Position numbers and translations under genes: made by a program. DNA of 64,000 nucleotides from Octopus sinensis (lineage: Eukaryota). The stretch's first letter is position 1. Each line of letters begins with the position of its first letter. This document shows, in pieces, positions 24,590 to 37,629 of this stretch. Below the pieces are notes generated by a model. It saw nothing but the letters and a program-made list of their open reading frames with translations, was not told the DNA's origin and ran no database searches. The stretch covers positions 34,224,001 to 34,288,000 of the forward strand of contig NC_043000.1 of assembly GCF_006345805.1 (NCBI RefSeq), given 5' to 3'.

Positions 24590-26170
24590 TGCGAGAGCCT
24601 GAAACGCAAAAAACCCTTTCTTTCCTTCCCTGAGCGACTTAGTAATACTTTGCATGTACCACGTCCTCGCGTTGTTGTTTTTCCTTGTTGTCTATTTTCT
24701 CCGTTTTTTTTTATTCATGTTATATATACTTTATTATTAATATCAGAAAAAAATGCTACTCATGGTTCGAAGATCGTCTTCTTGTTTGATCGAGAAATGT
24801 AAGATTGTTTGTCATGTTCTTGTTTAGCATTAAATCCAACAAGTTCCTTTCTGAACTGAATTAGGATCTCTCTTCTTTTATCCTTGAAACTTTGCAAGTG
24901 AAGCTGTTTAGCAACAACGAAGGCATTCATTGCACTTATATCAATCATGTAGAATATAACCATTGGCCATCTTCGAGTCATTCTTTTGCATGTGTATGTC
25001 CTTACCATCTTATCTAGGGTATCTACTCTTCCTTTTGTTTTGTTGTAACAAGTTTCTTTTCAACACTTTTTAAAACAATTGAAGGTTGAGAGTGCATTGT
25101 ACTCATAAGTGTGACAACATAATTTTTTTCGAGACAATAAGATAGGCTGATAGAATCCTTTTGAAATCCAAATATTCTGCTGTTGATTTCTCTTTCTTTT
25201 CCATTTATGAAAGCACTTGGAAGTTCAACTCTGTTCTTTCTAATTGTTCCAACTAAAACAGTTTTCTTGCTAAGCAGCTTTCGAGCCAATCCTAGACTTG
25301 TAAAAAAAAATTATCATAAGTTATATTGCGACCAGTATTTTCAAGTTCTTTTACTGGGTCTTCAACAACTCTTGAACCTTGGTTTGTCTCTCTCCCTTTT
25401 CCTCGGTCTTTTCCAGTGTAGATTTGCATTTTTCAGACATAAGATGTTTCACTGCTGCGTATCGCCCAAATTTTAATTCGATATTTGCCTGGTTTTGAAG
25501 GAATATATACCTAGGATGGGCAGCGCCCTCTGAATGAAGCAATTGTTCATCAACTGTCATGCATAAACATGGAACCTATCCATCTTGCAAATTCTGATTC
25601 CACATTTCAAATACTTCTCTTATGGGCTCCAATTTGTCATCACTTCTCTTTTTTCTTCTTGCACTAGCATCATCAAAGCGCAATACTTGTAAAATCTGTT
25701 GAAATCTTCTGCGGCTCATAATTTTGTTGAATATTGGGCGGCCATCTTCTTGACTCCATAACTGCGTGACATTTTCATGTTTAGATTTATAATCAGTCCA
25801 ATAAATTTCTTTAGTTCAGAGTGATCAATTTCTTTCCATTTATCTTTGTAAACAACCTGACCTTCAACATTTGTCCATTTACGAATTACTTCAAGAAGAT
25901 TCTGGTACATAAAGTTAGTAAAACATGTGTCAGTGGTACCTTAAGGCCTCTTAGCAAAACGGAATGGTCCACGTTCTTGGTGCACAATATTGCAAGATGA
26001 AGTTCTTACTGCTGCTTGAGTAAGAGAATTAGAATGCCAAACTTCTTGTCTGTCTCTAGAAACATATTGCTCATTCATAATTGGGTGATTTGCAGATAAT
26101 TATTTGTGAGTATCTTCATCATCTGATGACACAGAACCTAAACTGTCCACCACATAGCCAATTTCATCCA
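24590..26170 (-). pseudogene. piggyBac (PGBD4-like) transposase, frameshifted
   Basis: WTNVEG...ELKKFIGL; TVDEQL; LVGTIRKNR.ELP..F; VTLMSTMH; YTCKRMTRRWPMVIF..IDISAMNAFV. Multiple stops and frameshifts. Confidence 0.9.
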
Positions 26171-26650
26171 TAATCGTCAGAGCTATAGAAGGAACCACTA
26201 CTATCTTCTTCCCGTTCTTCATCTAATTCCAATAACCTTTTCGATATTTGGTTTTCACTCAAGTTTTCATGTCAAGGCATATTGGAAAGTACAATTGAAC
26301 TATATGAAACTTGATAGCAGACTAAAGGCAAATATTACTCTCTCAAATATTTATACTCACCTGAAAGATGATGCAATATATTGTAAGAATTGCATAATCA
26401 CATAAAAATATTGCACCACCCTATAACCTAGCAGATTGAAGGTGATGCAATAACACACAAATTTACAAGTATACTTTCATAATTTTTCTTATTACATCTA
26501 AAATTCAGCAAATAAATTGAATACAATTTTATTTATTTTATATCTGATAAATATTTATGAAAATAATATTTGGTACTGCTTTTATTCTGTTTAGAATGAC
26601 AAGAGTATTGTCTGAATTTAATTCGAGGGTCCAATGGACCCATACGGTAA

Positions 26651-26777
26651 TTGCAAGAGTCATATCTTGCAGAAGTCATATCTTGCAGAGGTCTTATTTT
26701 GCAGGAGTCATATCTTGCAGGGGTCATATCTTGTAGGAGTCATATCTTGCAGGAGTCATATCTTGCAGGGGTCAATC
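26651..26777. repeat. 16-bp minisatellite (TTGCAG-RRGTCATATC) x8
   Basis: Direct reading; preceded by the palindrome GGGTCCA-A-TGGACCC at 26628-26642. Confidence 0.9.
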
Positions 26778-26919
26778 TACTGGGAGTTACAACTTTTGCC
26801 TGTCACATGTTTCAAATCATGCCGATTCGCAAAGAGACTGAATAGTCATCTGAGAGGTCGTGGATGGAAAGTCAGGAATACCAATGAGGAAACTCAGAGC
26901 GACATCAATCACCATATAT

Positions 26920-27403
26920 ATGTGTGTGTGTGTGGATGCATGTATGAATGTATGCGTGTATGTATACATACATGCATGTAATGTATATAACGGATGTATG
27001 TTTGCATGTATACATGTATGTATGCATGTACGTGTGGACATAAGTGTGTATGTGTGTGTGAGAATGTATTTATGTAATGTAGTATCTAATGTATATATGT
27101 AGTTGTATATGTGTATGTGTGCGTGATGTGTATGTGTGAGTGTGTGAGTGTTTGATAACTGCATAAATATACATATCTAAATATGTATATGTATGTCTGT
27201 CTGTATGTATGTGTGTATGTATGCATATGTAGGCAGGAATGTTTAAAGAGAGAAAAACAGCAGCAAGAGAAACTACGCGAACAGTTATAAATAGTATTGG
27301 TAGACAGTTTGTAGTGGTGGTGGTGACAGTGGTGGTAGTAGTAGTAGTAGTAGTAGTTGCTGTTGTAGCTGTAACTGTACCAGTATCGGCTTTAACAGTA
27401 GTG

Positions 27404-27471
<68 letters not shown>

Positions 27472-28087
27472 TGTGGTAGTAGTGGTAGTAGCAGCAGCAG
27501 CAGCAGAATCGGCTTTTGTCTCAGTATCCGTTGTGGGTTACCGTACTATAAAATCTGTATGACTGGCAGTAAGGGTTGTAGTAGTAGCTGTGGTAGTAGC
27601 TAGGTGTGGCAGGATCTGATGTTGGGTTGTGGTAGCGGTTGCGCCGGTGCAAGGCTGGAGAGAAGGAGAGGACCAATGGCGAAGAAAAACCGAACGGATT
27701 ATCAACCAGAGTGTTATTGTTTTGGTGATGATGATGATGATGATGATGATGATGACGTCGACGTCAACGCAGACCACTACGAGAATGATGGTAATGCTGA
27801 TGATGATGACGATGATGATGTTGATGTTGATGTTGATGTTGTTACGTGTGGACAGGCTGAGATCGTGCACAAGCGTCCGACCTAATATGCCAGTTGTTCT
27901 AAAATGTTAATTGTTTGCTGGGAAACACAAACAGGAAACTGTCAAAATGGCCAACGAAAGTAAACATTTTCCTTGGCTAAACTATATACATGTATCGCAC
28001 ACACACACAAATATGTATGTACGTACATAAATACCTATGTGTACGTGATTGTATGCATGTATGTATGTATGTATGTATGTATGTATG

Positions 28088-28119
<32 letters not shown>

Positions 28120-28380
28120 TGCATGTATGTATGTGTGTGTCTGTGTGTGCGTGTATGTATGTGTGTAGATATGTATGTATGTGTGTTTGTGTGTATGTAT
28201 TTGTGGGTATGTATGTATGTATGCACATATGTATGTGCGTATGTATGTGTGTATGTATGCATGCATGACTTTTTGTCCGTCTGCCTGTTTATCTATCTAT
28301 CTCATATATATATATATATATTATATATATATAATATATATATATATAATATAATATATATCATATATATATATATATAG

Positions 28381-28413
<33 letters not shown>

Positions 28414-28415
28414 AA
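26920..28415. repeat. Compound microsatellites (TG/TATG, GTA/GTG, GAT, TA)
   Basis: Direct reading. Confidence 0.85.
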
Positions 28416-28784
28416 TCAAAATAAGCAACAAGGATATCCAAAGATAGTGTAGTACAATCGTTTCATGCTACTTCATTTAATTAAACAATGCAAGTATTAC
28501 ATCAGTTTTAAAATGTACACCACTCTTCGGCCACATATGGAATGTTTAAAATTAAATTGACAACTTTCATTTTTATACTTATTCCACGGATTTTTGTCAG
28601 TGAACAGGTCGCGGTCTTAAAGCGACGAAAATATTTTGACAAATTAAACTTAAATTTTGAAGCTAATCGAACGGCTTTTGTGTGTTTCTTAAATGGCTTA
28701 CAAACACTTTCCACGCTGCAATTGTTTTCGTTTCAGCACATGATCTCAGATTAATCACTTGCTATGCAAGTACATCTCCGTAAT
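28416..28784 (+). mobile_element. TA-flanked non-autonomous element carrying a G3-C8 variant hammerhead (28593-28643)
   Basis: 28586-28784 recurs inverted at 32247-32446; (TA)n on both sides. Confidence 0.7.
28593..28643 (+). ncRNA. Minimal type I hammerhead with compensatory G3-C8 core
   Basis: TTTGTCA-GTGAACA-G-GTCGC ggtcttaaa GCGAC-GAA-AATATT-T-TGACAAA. Helix I 7 bp, helix II 5 bp, palindromic helix III. Confidence 0.65.
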
Positions 28785-28786
28785 AT

Positions 28787-28877
<91 letters not shown>

Positions 28878-29030
28878 TGGTTATATGTGTGTATAAATAC
28901 GCACGCATAGACACACATATATGTATGTATATATACTACATATATATACATGTATATATACATATATATACATATACATACATATATATACATACATACA
29001 TACATACATAATACATACATCCATAATATA

Positions 29031-29086
<56 letters not shown>

Positions 29087-29519
29087 TGTGTGTATTTATA
29101 CACACCATCTATAGCTTGCTAGCTAGCAAGATAGATAGATGGAAGGATAAGTAGATAGATAGATTTACATATATATAATCTTACATAGAATAACACGAAA
29201 TGTGTGTCTGATCGGTCACGGTGATAGAGAGAGGCTAAAACAACAAGGGGAATGTGGGAGTGAACCAAATGTTCCGAAGTCCGTGTACAAATTTTTCATC
29301 GTAATTTATGTTTACTTCAAACAATTTCGTTCACGTACACACATATATTTAGATGTATCTGAAATTAAATATTACACTCTTATACTTTCTAGATTTCATA
29401 CACGGGACATACATACATACATACATACATACATACATACATACATACATACATGTGCTGTGATCGAATGTGACTTTTTAGCCCAGCCAAAATCTACAAA
29501 GTCTTGTACAGAATTGGCA

Positions 29520-30868
29520 ACTAAAACCTTTACCGGTAATAGCCGGCTGTAGTTGTAACTGGCTTCATGTACCTTTGCATGTCGTTTAAGTCTCCTGCCG
29601 AATTACACTCTCTTTCCGCATACCCGACATATGATTAGTATGGTGTTTACGCACCCACCACCAGTGGCCAGGTTTTCACTCTCATCTGTCTCGCTTTATG
29701 ACCACGAAGATGACTCTTGAGTCCAGCTTTACTGAGGCAGGGTCTTGCACAGACATTGCATGTCAGCATCAAAGGAAGACCCTTCCCTTCTGGAAGTGTA
29801 ACAGCGATGCCTTCCTGACATCCTCCCTTACTTTCTCATGTGCAACTCGAGATTCTCAAAAGTGGCTGTCCCCTCAGCACAATCCTTCTCCACCTGCTAC
29901 GTTCAATAGCTATGCCTTCCCATGTGTCAGAGAGATGCAAGCATCTCTTAAGGAGCCTTCAGCAAATCCTATACCTCTTTTTTGTTTGTGGAGGTCGTTC
30001 TCCTTTCTAGCTAACTCTCCAAAAGAGTTGTTTTGGCATCCTTGAATCCTTCATCCTGACCAGATGACCGCTCCATCTGAGCTTTTGCTTTAACACAAGA
30101 GTTTATACTTTCACACCGAGAGCCTTCAATATTTCAAGATCACTGATCCGTCCTTCCACTTAACTAATGCCATAGATCAGTCTGAGGCACATCTGATGGA
30201 AACATTCCAGTTGTTAAGTGGTATCGATATTGACCCACGCCTCGCAGGCATAGAGAAGAGAAGGGAGCACACAGCCTTGTACACCTTTATCTTTGTCTTT
30301 CTGCATATGTCTCGCCGACTCCAGAGGCGCTTTCTAGCCTTCCGAAGCAACACTTGCTTTCCTAATTCTATATGGAATTTCATCATCCACATTGCCATAT
30401 ATATTATAGTGCTTCCCAGGTAGACAAACTGATCAACTGCATCAAGTCGTTTACCATACACATAGATATTTGGTACACTATACTGCTTACCAGGAGCAGG
30501 TTGATGCATGACAACAGTTTTCTTGAGATTGACTGTCAATCCTAAGGCAGTGCAAGCATCAGAGAATGCATTCAAAATGTGTTGCATATTAATCTGTGTG
30601 TGCTACTAGCTCACAATCATCTGCATACAAAAGATCTCTTATGATAGAGGTAAATACCTTTGTTTTTGCAACAAGGTGCCTGATATTAGATATGCTGCCA
30701 GAGGTTCGATAATGGACGTAAACACCGTACCTGCAGTTTCTGAATGCAATACAGAACACCATCGCAAAATATATGGAAAATAGGGTCGGTGCCAGAATAT
30801 CCCGCTGTTTCACTCCATTTTGTATTGAAATGGGCTCCGACATTTTCCCTCTAACATTCACCCTACCA
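29520..30868 (-). mobile_element. RTE/BovB LINE 3' portion (RT C-terminus to C2H2 tail)
   Basis: QNGVKQRDILAPTLFSIYF; DLLYADDCELVAHT; MQHILNAFSDACTALGLTVNLKKTVVMHQPAPG; terminal CRVCGK...LKRHAKVH. Confidence 0.9.
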
Positions 30869-30994
30869 TACATACATACATACATACATACATACATACA
30901 TACATACTATGTGTGTGTGTGTATATATATTATATATATATATACATGCATATACATACACACACACACCACACACACACACACCCACACACAC

Positions 30995-31029
<35 letters not shown>

Positions 31030-31107
31030 TTAATTTCAATATAGGGTAGGAAAATTTTTTCCACCAGTGGCCTAGTATGTATAGAAAGTCAATAGACATA
31101 TTTGTCC

Positions 31108-31296
31108 TATAAAATTAGTGTACATTTAATCACAAAAGAGGTGAACCTTAACAGGCTAGAAGGAACAGACGAAAAGTTCAAACCATAGTTAACTGCTCTT
31201 AACTGTGGTTTGGACTTTTTGACTGTTCCTTCTAGCATCTAAGGTGACCTGTTAAAGATCACCTCTTTTTGTGTTTAAATGTACACTAATTTTATA
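31108..31296. mobile_element. Fold-back (palindromic) MITE-like element
   Basis: tataaaattagtgtacatttaa... pairs with ...ttaaatgtacactaattttata; the left arm lacks 12 bp; the central loop is about 6 nt. Confidence 0.75.
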
Positions 31297-31439
31297 TATC
31301 TCAAACTGTGATGGTCTTTGGGTGTGTCTAGGAAGAGTGAGGTAATATCTTTTAACAGGGCCGTAGGCACAATTCAGATGGCTATGTGAAACTGCTGGAG
31401 TCTATGGTCAAACCCTGGTTGGCGAGGATCTAACATTTA

Positions 31440-32150
31440 CACTGAAAGGTGGGTTATACCATACAGTTTTCTTCTGTACTCGAGCTTAACAGTGAAGTTC
31501 TTTCTGCCTAAAGCTGCATTGCAAAATATAGCACTGCTGTAATTAAAGGTCTCTTCATCAAAGGATATTCCAGAAATTCTTTTGCTAATGTTTCTTGGCT
31601 GTCTTCCTTGAAGAACCGTAATTCTATAAACTGGAATTTGCATTGGCAGATGTGTAAAAATAAATAATCCTATTAGACTGTAGAGTTTAGTTCCATGAAA
31701 GTAGCCCATAAGCACATCGAAAAGATCCAAGACATTACGCTTTAATCAGCAAGAATCAGACGACAGCAGAGATCTTCTAGCATGCACAATAGTATCTATG
31801 TCCAAATCAAAATTGTGGGTATAACCGCGGCTAAAGTGTAAGATTTTCATTAAAAGGGTAAAATGAATGGTAAAATTCAGCGATGCCAAATGAATTTATA
31901 GTGATGCGTTTTGTGTAAATTGTTGAAATAATCTATTAGTAGAAGATTGTTTTTCCAAAGAAGATTAATAAACTGCATAACTCTTTTATTAATTGAATCA
32001 AATTTTAATGTTAATTCTAACTAATTAATTTTTAGCTGGAGAAATAAGCCTGCATTTAAGAGTAGCTAAGCTGTAGGGTCGATGGTCTATTAAAATAATG
32101 GGAGGCGGATATCTTGCAGCTAAAATTTGAATTGTATCATCTGTCTCAAA
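31440..32150 (-). mobile_element. Penelope-like RT fragment (same type as 21255)
   Basis: Minus strand CRLISPAK near 32050, and RNISKRISGISFDEETFNY..AL.RKNFTVKLEY in ORF 31437-31730. Confidence 0.6.
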
Positions 32151-32246
32151 AACCTAAGTGAAATACTTTGATTCCTTGTTAATAAGGTTGCAAATTAGCT
32201 TCTTAATCAGTTTTCGTTATGTTACTAGAAGGAAAATGTTTATAGA

Positions 32247-32446
32247 TTTACGGAGATGCACTTGCATAGCAAGTGACCTGATCTGAGATCGTGTGCTGGA
32301 ATGAAAACAATTGCAGCGTGGAAGGTGCTTATAAGCCATTTAAGAAACGTACAAAAACCGTTAGATTCACTTCAACATTTAAATTTAATTTGTCAAAATA
32401 TTTTCGTCACTTTGAGACCGCGACCTGTTCACTGACAAAATTCCGT
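32247..32446 (-). mobile_element. Second copy of the G3-C8 hammerhead element (motif 32389-32439)
   Basis: Reverse complement tttgtca-gtgaaca-g-gtcgc ggtctcaaa gtgac-gaa-aatatt-t-tgacaaa. Confidence 0.75.
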
Positions 32447-33671
32447 GCAGTACGGAATGAATAAGATGACGGATGAATAAGATGACAACGTTAGGCTCTC
32501 AAATCAACGTGAATATTTATTCTCGTTACTCAATTAAATCAGAAAGCTGTTAAAATCTGTTGGAGAAAAATTCAGTCCCAGTGACTTAAAAATGAGCATT
32601 ATCTGTATTGTCTACTTTTATGCCATGTGATCGAGCTGCGAGAGAATCGTCTGTACCTGAACTGGTCGACAGGCATAGCCCCCGACTATATTAAGTCAGT
32701 CTCAAATGAGATGTAAGTATCAAGGTTTCTTTTTATCAAAATGAGATAATTCCAGAGATTTTTACCATTTTGACTCCTAAAAATATAACGGGAGTAGATC
32801 TTTGAAGTTAGCCAACAATGTAATGCCACCATCACGATTGTTGAAAGAGTATGTTGGTCTGTAGGTGCAGGCAGTTTAACACTTGTAATTATGTTGCCAA
32901 AAGTAGCGTCGTTGCAAGAAATAACACCTTTTCTAGGCAGAGATGTTCGAGGTTCGGTTCTAAAGGAGATGATTTGTTACGGAAATCTCCTTGCAGTGCA
33001 CATGTCAAAAGACGAAGATTGGTAAGATGATTGGAACGGCTAAAAACTGCACAACCGCCGTTAACTTGTCATAGGAGAGAATCGATCAGTTGAAGGAAAT
33101 AATAATGTGGAAAGGTAGAAGACAACATACAGAAGACATAGAAGTCTGTGTCTACTCTTAATATAAGAACAATCAAAGCAGAAGTGTGACTCACTGTCGA
33201 GAAAGAACAAACATTGCTAATAGTCTGTGGTGGTGTGTGAAACAATAAATCCGTTTAATAAAAAGTAACATAAAACTAAATGAAAATTAACTGATCAGAA
33301 AAATGAGTGGAAAATGGTTTACTTGAAAAATCGAAACCCGTTCAGTAAAGGCTGTAGAACAAGTGAGATGCATGTTTGGAGAAATGGATGTTGCCACGTT
33401 AAATAGTAAATCATTTTGTTAATAGAGTATAAGTGTTTGTGTGACAACGGAGGCGACCTTACTGATCAAAGTATTTTGCGTGTAGCATAGTTCCGTATTG
33501 CACAAAGGAAACTTCTGAGATCAATTAGTCTGTCGTGGTAAGACTTGCGGAGAAAGAGTCGGACAAAGAAGTCACATACATGCTATGTGTGTGTGTGTGT
33601 GTGTGTGTTTCTTTGTTCGTGTGTTTGTGCGTGTGTTTGTTTGTTAGTGTGTGTGTGTGTGTGTGTATGTG

Positions 33672-33727
<56 letters not shown>

Positions 33728-34142
33728 TGTACAGCATTGACGTTCTGCTCACTCCTGTAATATACAAGCGTTCCGTAGGCCTTGCAACGGCAAACACCGG
33801 TGAACCCTCGACTACACACCTCCATTAGCATTCATCTGGTTCCTCACCCGTTCTTTTAGCAATCCTCCATCAACTATTGATACTTCACCCGTTCTTCCTC
33901 TCTTGTACATCTTCCATCCTCTTCCCTGAGAGTACATTCTTATTGCTGCCTACATAGGTACACCTTGTTAATGAATGTCAAGCCCTTGGCTGCTGACAAC
34001 CGGATACATCACTCTAGGCCAAGCTGCCCCATATACACGGTTAGGGTATTCAATCCCTGCTGTCCGTATAGACAATAGCTCACCTATGTTGGTCATACAA
34101 TCTTAATTCTAACCCACTACCATCAATGGTTATGTCCCATAC

Positions 34143-34444
34143 TGGCACTCCATCGGTTACGACGACGAGCATTGAACGGAGAAGCCTGGTTATCGTGCCA
34201 AAATCAATATGAAAATGGCTGAGAACGCCACAGATATGCGTACCCTTAATGTAGTATTCAGGGAGATTCGATGTGACACAGAATGTGACAAGGCTGGCCT
34301 TTTGAATTACAGGTAAAACTCATTGTTGCCAAATACTTAGACTGGAGCAACGGGAAATAAAGTGACTTGCTCAAGGACACTACGTCCCGCTGGGCATCGA
34401 ATTCGCGACCCTACGATCATGAGCTGAATGGCCGAACCACTAAC
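34143..34444 (-). mobile_element. SINE family A2 (A1 tail, different head/body)
   Basis: Shares the tggcactcc..gttacgacgacg tail with A1; body ggactggagcaacg.gaaataaagtg.cttgctcaaggacac as at 38222. Confidence 0.75.
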
Positions 34445-34470
34445 ATACACACACACATATACACACACAT

Positions 34471-34519
<49 letters not shown>

Positions 34520-34524
<5 letters not shown>

Positions 34525-34683
34525 GCATGACGGGGTTCTTTCAGATTCTGTCTACCGAATCCACTCACAAGGCTTTGCTCGGCCCGCGGCTATTGTAGAG
34601 TCACTTGCTCAAGGCGCCACGCTGTGAGACTGAATCCGGAGCCATGTGATTGAGAAGCAACTTTTCAAACAACCACGCTCGCA

Positions 34684-34685
<2 letters not shown>
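34520..34685 (+). mobile_element. SINE family C 3' part
   Basis: gacggggttctttcagattctgtctaccgaatccactcacaaggctttgctcggcccgcggctat. Confidence 0.7.
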
Positions 34686-34721
<36 letters not shown>

Positions 34722-34723
<2 letters not shown>

Positions 34724-36010
34724 AGGAGAATTAAAAAAAAACAAAAGCAAAAGACGAAGAAAACAGGTGGTGTAGACAACAAACAGATGTGTTAGTTTAA
34801 TGCTCGGGAAGTGAAAAAGTCTTTAACGTTTCGAGCCTATGCTCTTCCACAGAAAAGAACACAGAAAGAAACAAGGAGAGAAAATAAAGAATGTGTAGTG
34901 GCTAGCGATCTATCAAGGCGAATGCCAGACAGAGGGGCCACACAAGAGTGCTAGGAAGAAGGGGAGATAATAAAGTAGTGGTAATCCCTAAACGTAGGTG
35001 CGCCTGTGAATCTATAAGGAGCATGTATGTGCGTGTGGAAGAGAGTTTGTGACTTTGACGTGTGCGTGTGTGTATGTGAGGGAGAGAAGTGGTCAGTGCT
35101 AGTGTGTGCGTGGTGATGTGATGTTGTGTTGTGTGGTATAGTGGTGTATGGAGTAGTGGTGTGTGTTGTGGTGTGATGGTGTTTGGATGTGGGGGAGGCG
35201 AGACTGGGGAAAGCAAGGGTGTGGGTTAGGCTGAGGGTGGGAGTAGAGGTGGGGTATGTGGAAGTGGGTGTAAGGAATGGATAGGGAAGGTGGGGTTTGA
35301 TTATGTAGGGGTGTGGTTATGAGGGAGGGGTGACGATGAAGGGAGAGGGTTAAGGGAGAATGTGGGTAGGAGTGAAGAGAAGAAGTAGGAGTCGGAGCAA
35401 GAGAGGAGAGGTGGGTGGGAGGAAGCAGGTGTGAAAGGGAGAGAGGGGAGGGGAGGAGAGTTGAGCCATGTGACGCAAAGGAGCGAAGAGAGAAGATTAA
35501 TCCCTGTTCACGGCGCAAACGGGAGTCTGGATGGCCCCTGTGCAAGGACAATCCGAAAACAGACAAGTGTTGCAAAGAGTGACTTAGAGCGGAAATGACG
35601 CGAAACAGGGGTGTCATTGCCGAGTCGGATGCCTCGGAGCTGTTCTGCGAACCGATCTGCCAAGCAGCATCCCGTTTGCACGATGTATAGAGAAGGGCAG
35701 AAAGAGCAGGAGGTGCAGTAGATGACAGTAGAAGTGCAGGTGAAGGAGTCGGTGATATGATAGGGTCGATGATGGGTGCCGGGGAGGAGGTGGTGTCGGA
35801 GAGGTAAGGGCAAGTGCGGCAGCGTGGATGGGAGCAGGAAAACGAGCCGGATTGGGAGGTTGGATTAGGGAAGAAGCTGTGGACCAAGAAGTCTCGTAGG
35901 TTGTGGGCTCGTTTGAAGGAGGGGAAGGTCGGTAAGCAAAGTATGGCGAACTGGAGTCGCCGGAAGGTTCGGAGAATGGTGCGTGGAGAGGTTGGGTGGT
36001 GGGGTGGTAA

Positions 36011-36012
<2 letters not shown>
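34722..36012 (-). mobile_element. Penelope-like element (Neptune-like Cys linker plus GIY-YIG) 3' part with terminal hammerhead-like motif (34820-34856), inserted in (TA)n
   Basis: FKRAHNLRDFLVHS...GSFSCSHPRCRTCPYL; FTCTSTVIYCTSCSFCPSLYIVQTG..LADRFAEQLR; CTGTGGA-A-GAGC atag GCTC-GAA-ACGT-T-AAAGA; (TA)n at both ends. Confidence 0.9.
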
Positions 36013-36059
<47 letters not shown>

Positions 36060-36689
36060 ATATGTATATGCATATGTATATCCTTTTTCAAGATTTCTTG
36101 CCAATAGAGAAAGAACCGGTTTCTAACCTAGATCCAATGTTTCTTCAGTGGAATTTCAACATCAGCAACAGAATATTTTTGTTTGCATGTACGTACGTAC
36201 TACGTATGTATGTATGTATGTATGTATGTATGTATGTATGTATGTATGTATGTATGTATGTATGTGTATATGTATGTATATGTGTGTGTGTGTGTCGATT
36301 GGTCTGAGTCTTAAGGATTTTGGCTAACAACCCCATAGCCGCCAGCGTGCATTTGGCCGGCAGTGTATTATATAGGAAAAACTGATGAATATTGCTATTT
36401 CGTCATCCAGTCAAGTGAGTAATTGCCACAGTCTTTTCTTGTTTAATGATGTTAGGTACCCTGCAACTCCAATCGCTGTAACAACATTTACTGCACATGT
36501 CACGCAGTGAAGAAATAAAATGAAGATGAATAGATATTCAACAGCTTCATTCGTGCTGTAAATGTTTCAGTAGTATGGAAATTTATTTGTACGCTATGAT
36601 TTACATATAATGCGGTATTACATAATTTTCATTATTTATGCGCTAAATTACCAGCTATTCCTCTCAGCGACGTCAGTTCTCTGACTGCA

Positions 36690-36727
36690 TTGATATAATT
36701 ATTATTATTATTATTGTAATTATTATT

Positions 36728-36762
<35 letters not shown>

Positions 36763-36814
36763 GTTATTATTATTATTATTATTATTATCATCATCATCAT
36801 CATTATTATTATTA

Positions 36815-36866
<52 letters not shown>

Positions 36867-36882
36867 CATCATCATCATCATT

Positions 36883-36933
<51 letters not shown>

Positions 36934-36935
36934 GT
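36690..36935. repeat. (TTA)n/(TCA)n microsatellite
   Basis: Direct reading. Confidence 0.95.
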
Positions 36936-36944
36936 CAATACATA

Positions 36945-37165
36945 GGCGGCGAGCTGACAGAATCGTTAGCAAACCGGGAAAATGCTTAGCGGCATATCGT
37001 CTGTCTTTGTGTTTGAAGTTCGAATTCCGCAGGGCTCTACTTTACCTGTCATCGTTTCGGGATTGGTGAAATAAGTACCAGGTGATCACTAGACTAGATG
37101 CAATCGACTTTCCCCTCCCCATAAAAATTCTGGCCTTGAGCCAAAATTTGAAATGATTATTATTA
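36945..37165 (+). mobile_element. SINE family B (diverged)
   Basis: ggcggcgagctgacagaatcgttagca..aatgcttagcggc..gttcgaattccgc..aaattctggccttgagccaaaatttgaaatgattattatt. Confidence 0.8.
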
Positions 37166-37629
37166 CTGACGTTTTTTTATTACTTTTTATGTTTTTCTTT
37201 GTGTTCTTTTACAATGGTAAACTTTTTACCCTCTCAGCATCTTATATGTTTTTATTCCTATTGTTTCTACTCTTTTTCTTATCTCCGTATTTCTACAGGC
37301 ATTATAGTTACTTAAAGACGACAATTGACGACAAGAGACATTCTTTGACTAAAAGCCGATCAACAGCGTCAAACAGGTCATAAATGATTTATTTCAGAGA
37401 CGCTAACGTACACACTCTAACCACTACCATTTGTATAGAATGAATTGATGGTGTAGTAGAAACACTGCCTGATTGGCTGCGTTCCTAATTAAAACCCTCT
37501 CCTATTGAGTTGAACTCTTCAAGATATTCCACCGGATCGAATTCTTCGCAGATTGATTTTGTCTGCCAACAGTTTATTGTCACCCTATAAAATCGCTGTT
37601 GTGTGTGTGTATGTATGTATATCTGTGTA

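Noticed and set aside
32585-32720. Possible coding exon ending at GAGAT|GTAAGT
   Set aside because: There is no pyrimidine-rich acceptor, the peptide is unrecognisable, and no neighbouring exons support it.
35099-36091. 330-aa ORF as an intact gene
   Set aside because: It starts in a (TA)n tract, switches frame within the GIY-YIG domain and ends in low-complexity sequence; it is a decayed Penelope fragment.
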